Shown here: positions 25,455 through 37,729 of the stretch, piece after piece
How the letters are laid out: each line of letters begins with the position of its first letter
Position numbering within the stretch: position 1 is the first letter of the stretch
Source of the DNA: Macrostomum lignano
Taxonomy: Eukaryota
Direction of reading: 5' to 3'
DNA length: 64,000 bases
Assembly: GCA_002269645.1 (NCBI GenBank)
Contig: NIVC01003813.1
Location: 1-64,000 of the forward strand
The notes under the pieces: generated by a model
The model's input: only the letters and a program-made list of their open reading frames with translations
What the model was told of the DNA's origin: nothing
Database searches by the model: none
Made by a program: the position numbers and the translations under genes

Positions 25455-26280
25455 CATGAAGTTTAAGCCATAGACTATTTCAATTAACTCTCAGCATGCA
25501 TTTGAAGCCATAGACTATAGCGATTCACTCTCAGCATGAAGTTGAAGCTATAAACTATTGCAATTTACTCTCAGAATGCAGTTGAAGCCATAGACCATTG
25601 CAATTCACTCTCAGAATGCAGTTGAAGCCATAGACCATTGCAATTCACTCTCAGAATGCAGTTGAAGCCATAGACTATTGCAATTCACTCTCAGAATGCA
25701 GTTGAAGCCATAGACCATTGCAATTCACTCTCAGAATGCAGTTGAAGCCATAGAATATTGCAATTCACTCTCAGAATGCAGTTGAAGCCATAGACAATTG
25801 CAATTCACTCTCAGAATGCAGCTGAAGCCATAGACAATTGCAATTCACTCTCAGAATGCAGTTGAAGCCATAGAATATTGCAATTCACTCTCAGAATGCA
25901 TTTGAAGCCATAGAATATTGCAATTCACTCTCAGAATGCAGTTGAAGCTATAGACTATTGCAATTCTCTTTCAGCATGAAGTTGAAGCCATAGAATATTG
26001 CAATTCACTCTCAACTAGAAGTTGAAGCTATAGACTATTGCAATTCACTCTCAACTAGAAGTTGAAGCTATAGACTATTGCAATTCACTCTCAACTAGAA
26101 GTTGAAGCTATAGACTATTGCAATTCACTCTCAACTAGAAGTTGAAGCTATAGACTATTGCAATTCACTCTCAACTAGAAGTTGAAGCTATAGACAATTG
26201 CAATTCACTCTCAACATGCAGTTGAAGCCATAGACAATTGCAATTCACTCTCAGCATGCAGTTGAAGCCATAGACTATAG
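25455..26280. repeat. 40-bp minisatellite (GTTGAAGCCATAGACTATTGCAATTCACTCTCAGAATGCA)n, about 20 copies
   Basis: Direct reading; lies between the convergent 3' ends of GT32-B and PIGC. Confidence 0.96.
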
Positions 26281-26571
26281 TAATCCACCCTCTACTGGAA
26301 TATGGCCCAATTTAAATAACAAAAAAGTAATTATTTTTTTTGAATTTAAAGTAAGACAAGTAAAAATGCAGGTAAAAAGCGTAAAGATATCATTCTTAGA
26401 AACACGGCATTTTACTTTATTTTTTAAATGGTACAAAACAGAATGTCCTTTAGTTACAGAAAAAACATACAGTGAACAGAAAATAGAAAATACAATAATG
26501 ATGAGCTTTAAGAGACATTACATATGTATTACAGACAGCAATAATTAGTATTGCAGAAATAATTCCAGAAC

Positions 26572-29500
26572 TCAATGAATCACCGCCTCGTCCCAGGGCC
26601 CATGAATATTGTTTTTCTGAGCCTGCATAGCAACAAACATAATTGGGCAGATTAGCATGATGAAGCAGCTCAATAGAAGGAAGCAGCACGCTGCCGGCAT
26701 TGAGATGAAGCACATAGCGCATTGAGCAGCCAGATTGAGTAGAAATGTCAGGCCCAGACTCAATACGGGCTGGAATGGCGAGTGCAGACCGACAGACATG
26801 TTCCGGCGCAGCTCCGGCCAGAAGGCGAAGACGAACAGGGCGAGCTCCACTGTGGTGAATGTGTGCAGCGAGCTGGGCAGGCGGGAGGCCAGGCAGATTG
26901 CGGCGAATACGGCCGAGTTTAGGGAGAACGATTTCGATACTCTGGCGGGCGAGCGAGTTTTATTGTTGTTTTCGATACATATCGGCTCATTGGGCGCTTT
27001 ATATTCAATTTATTGTTAAATTAAAGTGCGTCAGAGGGTCAATTTGTATTACTTTCTACGTGTCTTAGCATCTTAGGGTCCAAGTGTTACAGGGTATTAG
27101 TGTCTTAGGGTCCAAGTGTTACAGGGTATTAGTGTCATAGGGTCCAAGTGTTACAGGGTATTAGTGTCATAGGGTCCAAGTGTTACAGGGTATTAGTGTC
27201 ATAGGGTCCAAGTGTTACAGGGTATTAGTGTCTTAGGGTCCAAGTGTTACAGGGTATTAGTGTCATAGGGTCCAAGTGTTACAGGGTATTAGTGTCATAG
27301 GGTCCAAGTGTTACAGGGTATTAGTGTCATAGGGTCCAAGTGTTACAGGGTATTAGTGTCTTAGGGTCCAAGTGTTACAGGGTATTAGTGTCATAGGGTC
27401 CAAGTGTTACAGGGTATTAGTGTCATAGGGTCCAAGTGTTACAGGGTATTAGTGTCATAGGGTCCAAGTGTTACAGGGTATTAGTGTCATAGGGTCCAAG
27501 TGTTACAGGGTATTAGTGTCTTAGGGTCTTAGGGTCATAAGGTATACGTGTCATAGAGTCTTTAGGTCTTAGGGTCTAAGTGCCATAGAATCCAAGTGTC
27601 ATAGGGTCTAAGTGTCATAGGGTCTTAGTGCCACATGGTCTTCTCTTAAGTAGTATGAGTAGTAAGAATAAGTATAGTGAGTAGTATGGAGTGGACGCTA
27701 GCGCTGTATTCACTACGCAACTCACATTGCTGCTGAGCCGCCATAGTCGTGGAAAAGCAGGTTGGCTGTGAGAAAAAATGCCGTCATAGCGTGAATTGTA
27801 TCGGTACTGATTGTGGCGGTGAGGCTCTTCAATAGCGGCGACCACATCAGGGTGAAGGCGGTGAGCACCAGCAATAGGCGGCAGTGGCCGAATGCTGAAG
27901 TGTTATTGTTAATTAACATTTATTAAAACCCGAAATATTCATGCCCAGTTCCGCTGAACACAGCACGCACACGCTCATAGTGTCATGCAGTCTTTGTGTC
28001 ATAAGCTCATAGAGTCATGCAGTCTTTGCGTCATAAGCTCATAGTGTCATGCAGTCTTTGTGTCATAAGCTCATAGAGTCATGCAGGCTTTGTGTCATAA
28101 GCTCATAGTGTCATGCAGTCTTTGTGTCATAAGCTCATAGAGTCATGCAGTCTTTGCGTCATAAGCTCATAGTGTCATGCAGTCTTTGCGTCATAAGCTC
28201 ATAGTGTCATGCAGTCTTTGTGTCATAAGCTCATAGAGTCATGCAGTCTTTGTGTCATAAGCTCATAGTGTCATGCAGTCTTTGTGTCATAAGCTCATAG
28301 TGTCATACAGTCTTTGTGACATAAGCTCATAGTGTCATACAGTCTTTGTGACATAAGCTCATAGTGTCATACAGTCTTTGTGACATAAGCTCATACTCGT
28401 AGTGTCATTCAGTCTTTGTGTCATAAGCTCATAGTGTCATACAGTCTTTGTGTCATAAGCTCATAAGAGTCATGCAGTCTTTGTGTCATAAGCTCATTGT
28501 GTCATACAGTCTTTGTGACATAAGCTCATAGAGTCATACAGTCTTTGTGTCATAAGCTCATAGTGTCATACAGTCTTTGTGACATAAGCTCATAGTGTCA
28601 TACAGTCTTTGTGACATAAGCTCATAGTGTCATACAGTCTTTGCGTCATAAGCTCATAGTGTCATGCAGTCTTTGTGTCATAAGCTCATAGAGTCATGCA
28701 GGCTTTGTGTCATAAGCTCATAGTGTCATGCAGTCTTTGTGTCATAAGCTCATAGAGTCATGCAGTCTTTGCGTCATAAGCTCATAGTGTCATGCAGTCT
28801 TTGTGTCATAAGCTCATAGAGTCATGCAGTCTTTGTGTCATAAGCTCATAGTGTCATGCAGTCTTTGTGTCATAAGCTCATAGTGTCATACAGTCTTTGT
28901 GACATAAGCTCATAGTGTCATACAGTCTTTGTGACATAAGCTCATAGTGTCATACAGTCTTTGTGACATAAGCTCATACTCGTAGTGTCATTCAGTCTTT
29001 GTGTCATAAGCTCATAGTGTCATACAGTCTTTGTGTCATAAGCTCATAAGAGTCATGCAGTCTTTGTGTCATAAGCTCATTGTGTCATACAGTCTTTGTG
29101 ACATAAGCTCATAGTGTCATACAGTCTTTGTGTCATAAGCTCATAGTGTCATACAGTCTTTGTGACATAAGCTCATAGTGTCATACAGTCTTTGTGACAT
29201 AAGCTCATAGTGTCATACAGTCTTTGTGTCATAAGCTCATAGTGTCATACAGTCTGTGTCATAAGCTCATAGTGTCATACAGTCTGAGTCATGCAGTCTT
29301 TGCAACATAAGCTCATAGTGTCATGCAGTCTTTGTGTCATAAGTTCATAGTGTCTTGCAGTCTGTCATGCAGTCTTTGCAACATAAGCTCATAGTGGCAT
29401 GCAGTCTTTGTGTCATGCATTCCTTGTCTCAAGCAGTCTTTGTGTCATGCGTCTTTGTGTCATGCATCTTTGTGCCATGCATCTTTGTGTCATGCAGTCT

Positions 29501-29931
29501 TTGTGTCATGCATCTTTATGTCATGCAGTCTTTGTGTCATGTAGTCTTTGCATTTCAGTGTCCCAGTTTCCAGTGCGTCATAAATCACCAGTTCGCATAG
29601 GTGACAGATCGGATTTGTCAGCGCTGCCAGACGCGCAGAACAGATAGGCCAGGTACAGCGGAGGCGCCAGCATCCCCAACCCAAACAGGACCGTCTCCGG
29701 AGCCAGAGTGCCCTGCAGCATCAGGCAGTAGGCCTGTACAAACAAGCACAGACTGCAGAAATGTTGAAACACTCGACCTGTGGCTACAACTACTGTTAGT
29801 AGAGAGTGCCGCTTAACGTAGAGATTGCGTTTCAAATCTTCTAAGAAATCGTCGCCAGTAAAATTGTCCGGCCGTTCGGGCCAGCTGGGTTTGTGCAGAC
29901 ATTTGCGGTGGCTGATGGAGCCGCTGTGCAT
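26572..29931 (-). CDS. PIGC: GPI-GlcNAc transferase subunit C, 293 aa; exons 29931-29589, 27894-27726, 26941-26572
   Basis: PDNF..FLEDLKRN; SPLLKSLTATISTDTIHAM; HDYGGSAAI|VSKSFSLNSAVFAAICLASRLPS; KNNIHGPWDEA. Splice phases join into one frame. Confidence 0.95.
27070..27530. repeat. 32-bp minisatellite (TCWTAGGGTCCAAGTGTTACAGGGTATTAGTG)n in PIGC intron 2
   Basis: Direct reading; about 14 copies. Confidence 0.96.
27975..29345. repeat. 32-bp minisatellite (TCATAGTGTCATGCAGTCTTTGTGTCATAAGC)n in PIGC intron 1, with a 583-bp higher-order duplication; decays to ~29530
   Basis: Direct reading; marker variants recur at 28391/28974 and 28461/29044. Confidence 0.96.
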
Positions 29932-29980
29932 GGCGACTGACTGCGCAGGAATTGTTAGCGAATTCACAACTGATGTATCC

Positions 29981-30021
<41 letters not shown>

Positions 30022-30228
30022 TACTGTCTGTCTGTCTGTCTGTTTGTCTTACTGCCTGTCTGTCTGTCTTACTGTCTGTCTGTCTTACTGTCTGTCTGTG
30101 TGTCTGTCTGCCTGCCTGTCTGTCTGCCTGCCTGTCTGTCTGTCTGTCTGTCTGTCTTACTGTCTGTCTGTCTGTCTGCCTGCCTGTCTGTCTGTTTGTC
30201 TTACTGCCTGTCTGTCTGCCTGCCTGCC

Positions 30229-30321
<93 letters not shown>

Positions 30322-30324
30322 TAC

Positions 30325-30405
<81 letters not shown>

Positions 30406-30455
30406 TACTGTCTGTCTGTCTGTCTGCCTGCCTGTCTTACTGTCTGTTTGTATTG
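29981..30455. repeat. (TGTC)n / (GACA)n tetranucleotide microsatellite just 5' of the PIGC start
   Basis: Direct reading. Confidence 0.97.
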
Positions 30456-30834
30456 GTGTCCGTCTATCTTAGTGTCTGTTTGCCTTAGTGCCTGCCCGTT
30501 TACTTTATTAAGGAATAGATAAGCAATAAAGATAAGGATAAACAATTTAACATTTTTTCATCAGACAATATATTTATGCTTCAGCATATAGTGCACAGCC
30601 AAGGATCACTGTATGGTAGCTTGGTGACGTAACAGTTGTCTTTTTGACATTCCAGTAGTCCGTAAGTACTATCTGATGCTTATGAGATGTATAAAATGAA
30701 TTGTAAACAAATGAAACATAAGCTACAAATACAGACACAAGATAATGTGTTTGCTATGCTATTAAAATACCATTAGAAACGCTGGGTTAGAAACGCAAAC
30801 TGGTACTAGAATGTCAATTACAAAAGTTAGAAAA

Positions 30835-31285
30835 GCCTCTAGCAGTGTCTCTAGAAGTGCCCCTAGAAGTGTCTCTAGAAGTGCCTCTAGAAGTGCCTCC
30901 AGAAGTGCCTCTAGAAGTGCCTCTAGAAGTGCCTCCAGAAGTGCCTCTAGAAGTGTCTCTAGAAGTGCCTCTAGAAGTGTCTCTAGAAGTGTCTCTAGAA
31001 GTGCCCCTAGAAGTGCCCCTAGAAGTGTCTCTAGAAGTGTCTCTAGAAGTGCCCCTAAAAGTGTCTCTAGAAGTGCCTCCAGAAGTGTCTCTAGAAGTGC
31101 CTCTAGAAGTGCCCCTAGAAGTGTCTCTAGAAGTGCCTCTAGAAGTGCCCCTAGAAGTGTCTCTAGAAGTGTCTCTAGAAGTGCCTCTAAAAGTGCCTCT
31201 AGAAGTGCCCCTAGAAGTGCCCCTAGAAGTGTCTCTAGAAGTGTCTCCAGAAGTGCCTCCAGAAGTGCCTCTAGAAGTGTCGCTG
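30835..31285. repeat. 12-bp minisatellite (TCTAGAAGTGYC)n downstream of GTDC1
   Basis: Direct reading. Confidence 0.96.
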
Positions 31286-31422
31286 GAAGTGTCTTAAGGT
31301 GCCTTTGGAAGTTTCTACAGAAGTACCACCAAGAGTATCAGACAGTGCGTTTGAACTTGTCATTATCATTGCCGTGATATATCTCTCTCTGATTGTGTCT
31401 TTCCTATAGCAGACAACTCTAT

Positions 31423-34400
31423 TCAAGCGAAAAGTTGCGCATAGCTGTCACGCAACGCCTCCGGTTTCAACCTGTCCAAACGCGTTTGAAAATCGCCCTC
31501 AGCTCGTAGCCGTCTGGCCAGCCCTGGCCCACCGCGGCACAGCCAACGCAATCGTTTAACCAACTGAGCGTCAGTGTTGTACAAACAATCCGATGGGAAC
31601 AGTTCCGGATAAGCGAGACGACGCGGAGCGAGCGGGTAGCAACCGGCGGATGTGGCTTCGAGCATGGCTAAACCAAAGAATTCGTGTTCGGCAGTGGACA
31701 CAACTACGTGACAGGCTGACAGGCAGGCTAAATAGACTTGACGATTCTCTAAGTAGCCCCAGTGTGCGATCTGATCGGATGGAAGGCGCTTCTTAGCCGC
31801 CTCAAAGGCTGGCGGAGGCGGTCCGGCAAACGACTGTCCGAGGATGCACAGAGCAAAATTTGTTTCGCCCGAGTCGGCCAGAGCGAAGATGGCGGTAAAA
31901 AATGAGTCGGGATTCTTGTCGTGCTCCCAACGATGCGGCCAAAGAATTAAAAGCCGATTGTCTAGCTGATTGGATGGGGACTGAAGGAATGAAGGATAGA
32001 GCTCAGTGTCCGATGGTGGCTGCTGGAGAGCCTCCAGTTCTTGAGGTTGTTGTTGCTGTTGGATGCTACGTTGTTTCTGAGTGTCTAGATCTTGTTGCTG
32101 AGTGCATAGACCATGTTGCTGAGCATCTAGACTTTGGTGCTGAGCGTCTAGATCTTGTTTCTGAGCAGAAATCCGCGACCTCTTCGGTTCCAGCTGGCCA
32201 TCAGCAAGGCTAGCCAGCGGAACAATAGGCAGGTATAATATCTGAGACTTAGCAGCAATCCCAGTACCCAGACCGCGAGTTCTGTAGTCGGGCATAGCAT
32301 TGAGAAATGAATCGATACCGTGCAAAAAAGTATCCATATTGTGCCGGGAGTTGAACAGCACAAGGTCGGCGGCCAGTGCGGTGAGTATCTGATTGTAGCC
32401 ATACTGGAAATCTCTCTCGCCTCTCGCATCTTTCTAACCGGATAGACCAGCTGGTTCTCGTGAAAATAAACTAATTTCTTTGTAGCTGCCAGACACGGAC
32501 AGAGACCCACTAGTTCGGCTAGGCTGAGCACGCTGCTGCAGAACAGGTGACTAAACTGCTTGTCTGAAAATTTTATGTTTAGACAACAGATACTAAAGTA
32601 ACTAGATGGGCCACTCAGGCATATATACTTAGTAAAACAGCTTTCTACTTTCAGTTCAGTAGCAAAGAAGAATGCATAAGCTATTTTATAAAAAAAGGCA
32701 GCTGAAATGACTTTGATAAGTTTAGAAGCCCAAGCTTGCAGGCGTAAACAACTTGCTAATTGGTACGGCAGTAATGTACATTGGCCAGTCCACTGAAATG
32801 TCAGCCTTAGGCTGATATTCCGAGACAGGCAATAAAAATTGGGGCGGGGCGGGGCGGGGCGGGCGAGGGGTAGGGGTAGTGTGGAAAGGCGTGGTTGGGA
32901 GTTTAAGCTTGGGGGTAAGAGCCAATAAATGAACTTTGGCTTTAAAAATGCTTCCGTTTAACTTGCTACTGAACTGAAAGTAGCTTACACACAAATGTGC
33001 TGAGTGGCCCAACCAGTTATTCTAGTATCTGTGGTTTAGACAGAGAAATTAAGAATCAGTGCGCAATTTAACAATAAAAAGCGTATTTGTTACTAACAGT
33101 AGCAACTCAAATCTGATTTAAACTGCTGCGCTGGGCGTGGTTAAAATATCGCTACTATAATCATTAAAAAATCGATCGATTCCTATAAAATGGAATTTAA
33201 AGACAGCTGGCAACAGTTTGTATAGATTATAGTTCTACTTAGCTAACCGATACGAACCAGTTCTTTACAAAATAAAACACTGTGTGTGTGCACGATAGAG
33301 TGCAGTGCAGGTACTGCGTAGCCAGCATGACAAGGTGAACCAGAGTTAACGAGTGAATGCTTGGCTATTGGAACCATTGTGATCAGTGTTAGCACCATTG
33401 GGAACAGTACTATCGTTATTTAGGATCACTATTAATGTTATTAGGATCAATATTCCAGCCCTTAGGATCAATACTAGTGTTATAAGGATAAATTATTAGA
33501 GATATTATTAGGACCAATATTAGCGTCCTTAGGATCAATACTAGCTAGATATTAGGATCCATATTAGATATTAGGATAGACATTCGCTAAATTAGGATCA
33601 TAATTAGTGCCACTAAGATTAATATGAGCACCATTTACACCAGAATGTAAAACTAGTTCGTGATTTTCGGCGTCTGTAATGCAACGACCCCAGCCAGCTA
33701 TAAACATATTGAACAAAACATTACAAAAGCAATATAAGACAAGGAAGAAGAGACAGCCACAACAAAGGAATTAACACAGCTAATCTAAGGAATGCTCAAA
33801 CCAGTACATTGTCCATTGCCCTACTGATTGATGTGCACAAGGACATTTACCGTCTTGGTGGCAATCCGTAAAGCAGATTATCTCATACGGCACTTGCGTA
33901 GGAGTCAGCATAGGACTACGACCCAAAGGTTCAATGCAGTGCAAAAATGCTACAGCCATAAATTTACTCACTGAATACGAACTAAACTGCTCAGACACCA
34001 CACTGATCCCACAAAACTGCTCAGACACCACACTAATCCCACAAAACTGCTCAGAGACCACAATGATCCCACAAAACTGCTCAGACACCACACTGATCCC
34101 ACAAAACTGCTCAGAGACCACAATGATCCCACAAAACTGCTCAGACACCACACTGATCCCACAAAACTTCTCAGAGACCACACTGATCCCACTAAACTGC
34201 TCAGAGACCACAATGATCCCACAAAACTGCTCAGACAACACACTGATCCCACAAAACTGCTCAGACACCACACTGATCCCACAAAACTGCTCAGAGACCA
34301 CAATAATCCCACTAAACTGCTCAGACATCACACTGATCCCACAAAACTGCTCAGACACCACACTGATCCCACAAAACTGCTCAGAGACCACAATAATCCC

Positions 34401-35003
34401 ACTAAACTGCTCAGACAACACACTGATCCCACTAAACTGCTCAGAGACCACAATAATCCCACAAAACTGCTCAGACACCACAATGATCCCACTAAACTGC
34501 TCAGACACCACAATGATCCCACTAAACTGCTCAGACACCACAATGATCCCACTAAACTGCTCAGACACCACACTGATCCCACAAAATTGCTCAGACACCA
34601 CACTGATCCCACAAAATTGCTCAGACACCACACTGATCCCACTAAACTGCTCAGACACCACAATAATCCCACAAAACTGCTCAGACACCACAATGATCCC
34701 ACAAAATTGCTCAGACACCACACTGATCCCACAAAATTGCTCAGACACCACACTGATCCCACAAAATTGCTCAGACACCACACTGATTCCAACACGGAGC
34801 CGCTCACCCTTAGCAGCCTCGGCCACCTGTTGTGCCACGTGCAGCGCGGAGCACCTGGCTCGCCAGTGCCACTTCTTAGCCGTCATGGCAACCAGATGCC
34901 AGCAGCCTGGCGGCAGAATCTCCCCAGTCAGGTAGTCAATTAGCTGCCGATGCGAGCCGCCGTAAAATGGCTCGATAATTAGGACTAACGGCTGGGTTGA
35001 CAT
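31423..35003 (-). CDS. GTDC1: GTDC1 / tRNA-queuosine alpha-mannosyltransferase (GT-B fold); exons 35003-34808 and 32563-31423; apparent frameshift near 32415-32425
   Basis: IIEPFYGGSHRQL, KKWHWRAR.SAL, LFCSSVLSLAEL, YFHENQLVYPV, ERDFQYGYNQI, FNS..NM, ILWPHRWEHDKNP, VVVSTAEHEFFG, LAPRRLAYPE. Donor AAGG|GTGAGC and acceptor TTTTCAG|AC join in phase 1. Confidence 0.9.
33985..34790. repeat. 30-bp minisatellite (AAACTGCTCAGACACCACACTGATCCCACA)n in the GTDC1 intron, about 27 copies
   Basis: Direct reading; starts about 18 nt inside the donor site. Confidence 0.97.
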
Positions 35004-35124
35004 CGAAGCGTTGGGCTGAAACTAAGGTATATAATAAATGCATTATTATAATTGTACTAACTGCCTATCAGACTACAATTTTATGAGCTTGATTTATAAG
35101 CGGATATTTCAATTCGGGCATAGG

Positions 35125-35760
35125 ACCCCACAGCTTGGTATAGTCAGGGGGGGTCATAGGACCCCACATCTTGGACTAGTCAGGGGGTCATAGGACCCCA
35201 CAGCTTGGCCTAGTCAGGGGGTCATAGGACCCCACAGCTTGGCCTAGTCAGGGGGTCATAGGACCCCACAGCTTGGCCTAGTCAGGGGGTCATAGGACCC
35301 TACAGCTTGGCCTAGTCAGGGGGTCATAGGACCCCACAGCTTGGTATAGCTTAGGGGACATAGGACCTCACAGCTTGGTATAGCTTAGGGGACATAGGAC
35401 CTCACAGCTTGGTATAGCTTAGGGGACATAGGACCCCACAGCTTGGTATAGCTTAGGGGACATAGGACCCCACAGCTTAGTCTAGTCAGGGGGGTCATCG
35501 GACCCCACAGCTTGGACTAGTCAGGGGGGTCATAGGACCCCACAGATTGGACTAGTCAGGGGGTCATAGGACCCACAGATTGGACTAGTCAGGGGGTCAT
35601 AGGACCCACAGATTGGACTAGTCAGGGGTCATAGGACCCCAGAGCTTGGCCTAGTCAGGGGGGTCATAGGACCCCACAGCTTGGCCTAGTCAGGGGGTCA
35701 TAGGACTCCAAAACTTGGTTTAATCCTGGGGGGTCATGGGACCCCACAGCTTGGTTTAGA
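35125..35760. repeat. ~33-35-bp minisatellite (AGTCAGGGGGTCATAGGACCCCACAGCTTGGCCT)n upstream of GTDC1
   Basis: Direct reading; each unit has GGGGTC-ATAG-GACCCC inverted symmetry. Confidence 0.93.
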
Positions 35761-36169
35761 GTAGGAGAGTCATAGGAACTTTAAAGTTGTTAATATACTA
35801 TTGTAGTAGAGCCTTAACAAGGCATAAGAATCCCACAAGCTAGAAACGGTACTGGTTAAACTTTTTCAGCGCTTCGCTGTAACTTTTTAAAGTCTACCGC
35901 TATCGATACTCTATATTGATTAATTGAATTGGTAGACTACTATATAATAATTATGATTTATGACAGCAGCTATAAGCTGACGGCTGATAAGCTGATATTT
36001 GATAAGTGGAACAGAGAAATACTTTAGAAACGCATAGGCAGACAGAATTACCACGCAATGAGTAGGGCGAGTGAGTAAATATTACAGTAGCATTTAATAG
36101 TATATAAATATAGATAAACAAAAAGCGATTTAACATGCATAGAGATAAAACACAGGCCAAATAGAGAGA

Positions 36170-37275
36170 AGAGACAGGCCAGATACAGATAAGAGACGGA
36201 CCAGATACAGATAAGAGACAGGCCAGATACAGATAAGAGACGTACCAGATACAGATAAGAGACAGGCCAGATACAGATAAGAGACAGGCCAGATACAGAT
36301 AAGAGACAGGCCTGATTCAGATAAGAGACGGACCAGATACAGATAAGAGACAGGCCAGATACAGATAAGAGACAGGCCAGATACAGATAAGAGACAGGCC
36401 TGATTCAGATAAGAGACGGACCAGATACAGATAAGAGACGGACCAGATACAGATAAGAGACGTACCAGATACAGATAAGAGACAGGCCAGATACAGATAA
36501 GAGACGGACCAGATACAGATAAGAGACGTACCAGATACAGATAAGAGACAGGCCAGATACAGATAAGAGACAGGCCAGATACAGATAAGAGACAGGCCAG
36601 ATACAGATAAGAGACAGGCCTGATTCAGATAAGAGACGGACCAGATACAGATAAGAGACAGGCCAGATACAGATAAGAGACGGACCAGATGCATATAAGA
36701 GACGGACCAGATGCATATAAGAGACGGACCAGATGCATATAAGAGACGGACCAGATGCATATAAGAGACGGACCAGATGCATATAAGAGACGGACCAGAT
36801 GCATATAAGAGACGGACCAGATACAGATAAGAGACGGACCAGATGCATATAAGAGACGGACCAGATGCAGATAAGAGACGGACCAGATGCATATAAGAGA
36901 CGGACCAGATACAGATAAGAGACGGACCAGATACAGATAAGAGACGGACCAGATGCATATAAGAGACGGACCAGATGCATATAAGAGACGGACCAGATAC
37001 AGATAAGAGACGGACCAGATGCATATAAGAGACGGACCAGATGCATATAAGAGACGGACCAGATGCATATAAGAGACGGACCAGATGCATATAAGAGACG
37101 GACCAGATGCATATAAGAGACGGACCAGATGCATATAAGAGACGGACCAGATGCATATAAGAGACGGACCAGATGCATATAAGAGACGGACCAGATACAG
37201 ATAAGAGACGGACCAGATACAGATAAGAGACGGACCAGATACAGATAAGAGACGGACCAGATACAGATAAGAGAC
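36170..37275. repeat. 22-bp minisatellite (AGATACAGATAAGAGACGGACC)n, about 50 copies
   Basis: Direct reading; variant blocks are polarised along the array. Confidence 0.97.
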
Positions 37276-37729
37276 CAACTGAGCTAAACTAACCGAACCG
37301 ATCAAAGATCAGCCACCAGTACACTGCTCCAGAACGCCCCTATACTCAATATAAAAATTGATTGCTGTAAACTGCGTGGGAGTGAAATGGCATGCGCGCC
37401 TGAGCGAGCAGCCACTTTTTTTCACTCCTCTACTATTTGCTACCTCGCGGTGCAAGCAGCAAAATATATGAAATAAGAGTGCGGGATTAGGACTTTTGGA
37501 CACGAAATACGATCTCACTAATTAAGAATATTCACGCCTTATAATTATCGGAGCTGCAGGCCACCAAAAGATAAGCGATTGTAGGCTTTGGTAAAAGACT
37601 GTCTGTAGACTTAATTAATAACTATTCTAAAAGCGAAAGTTGATCCATGATTAGGAGAAATTAATACTGAAAAACACACATTGTGGGTTCTCTTGCAAAA
37701 GAAAAATTGCTTTGATTGTATTTTCGTGT

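Noticed and set aside
27070-27600. Interstitial telomeric repeat (TTAGGG)
   Set aside because: TTAGGG occurs only singly within some 32-bp units and is never tandem.
33780-35003. 407-aa ORF as a full protein
   Set aside because: Only the first 65 codons are GTDC1 exon 1; the rest is read-through into the intronic 30-bp array.
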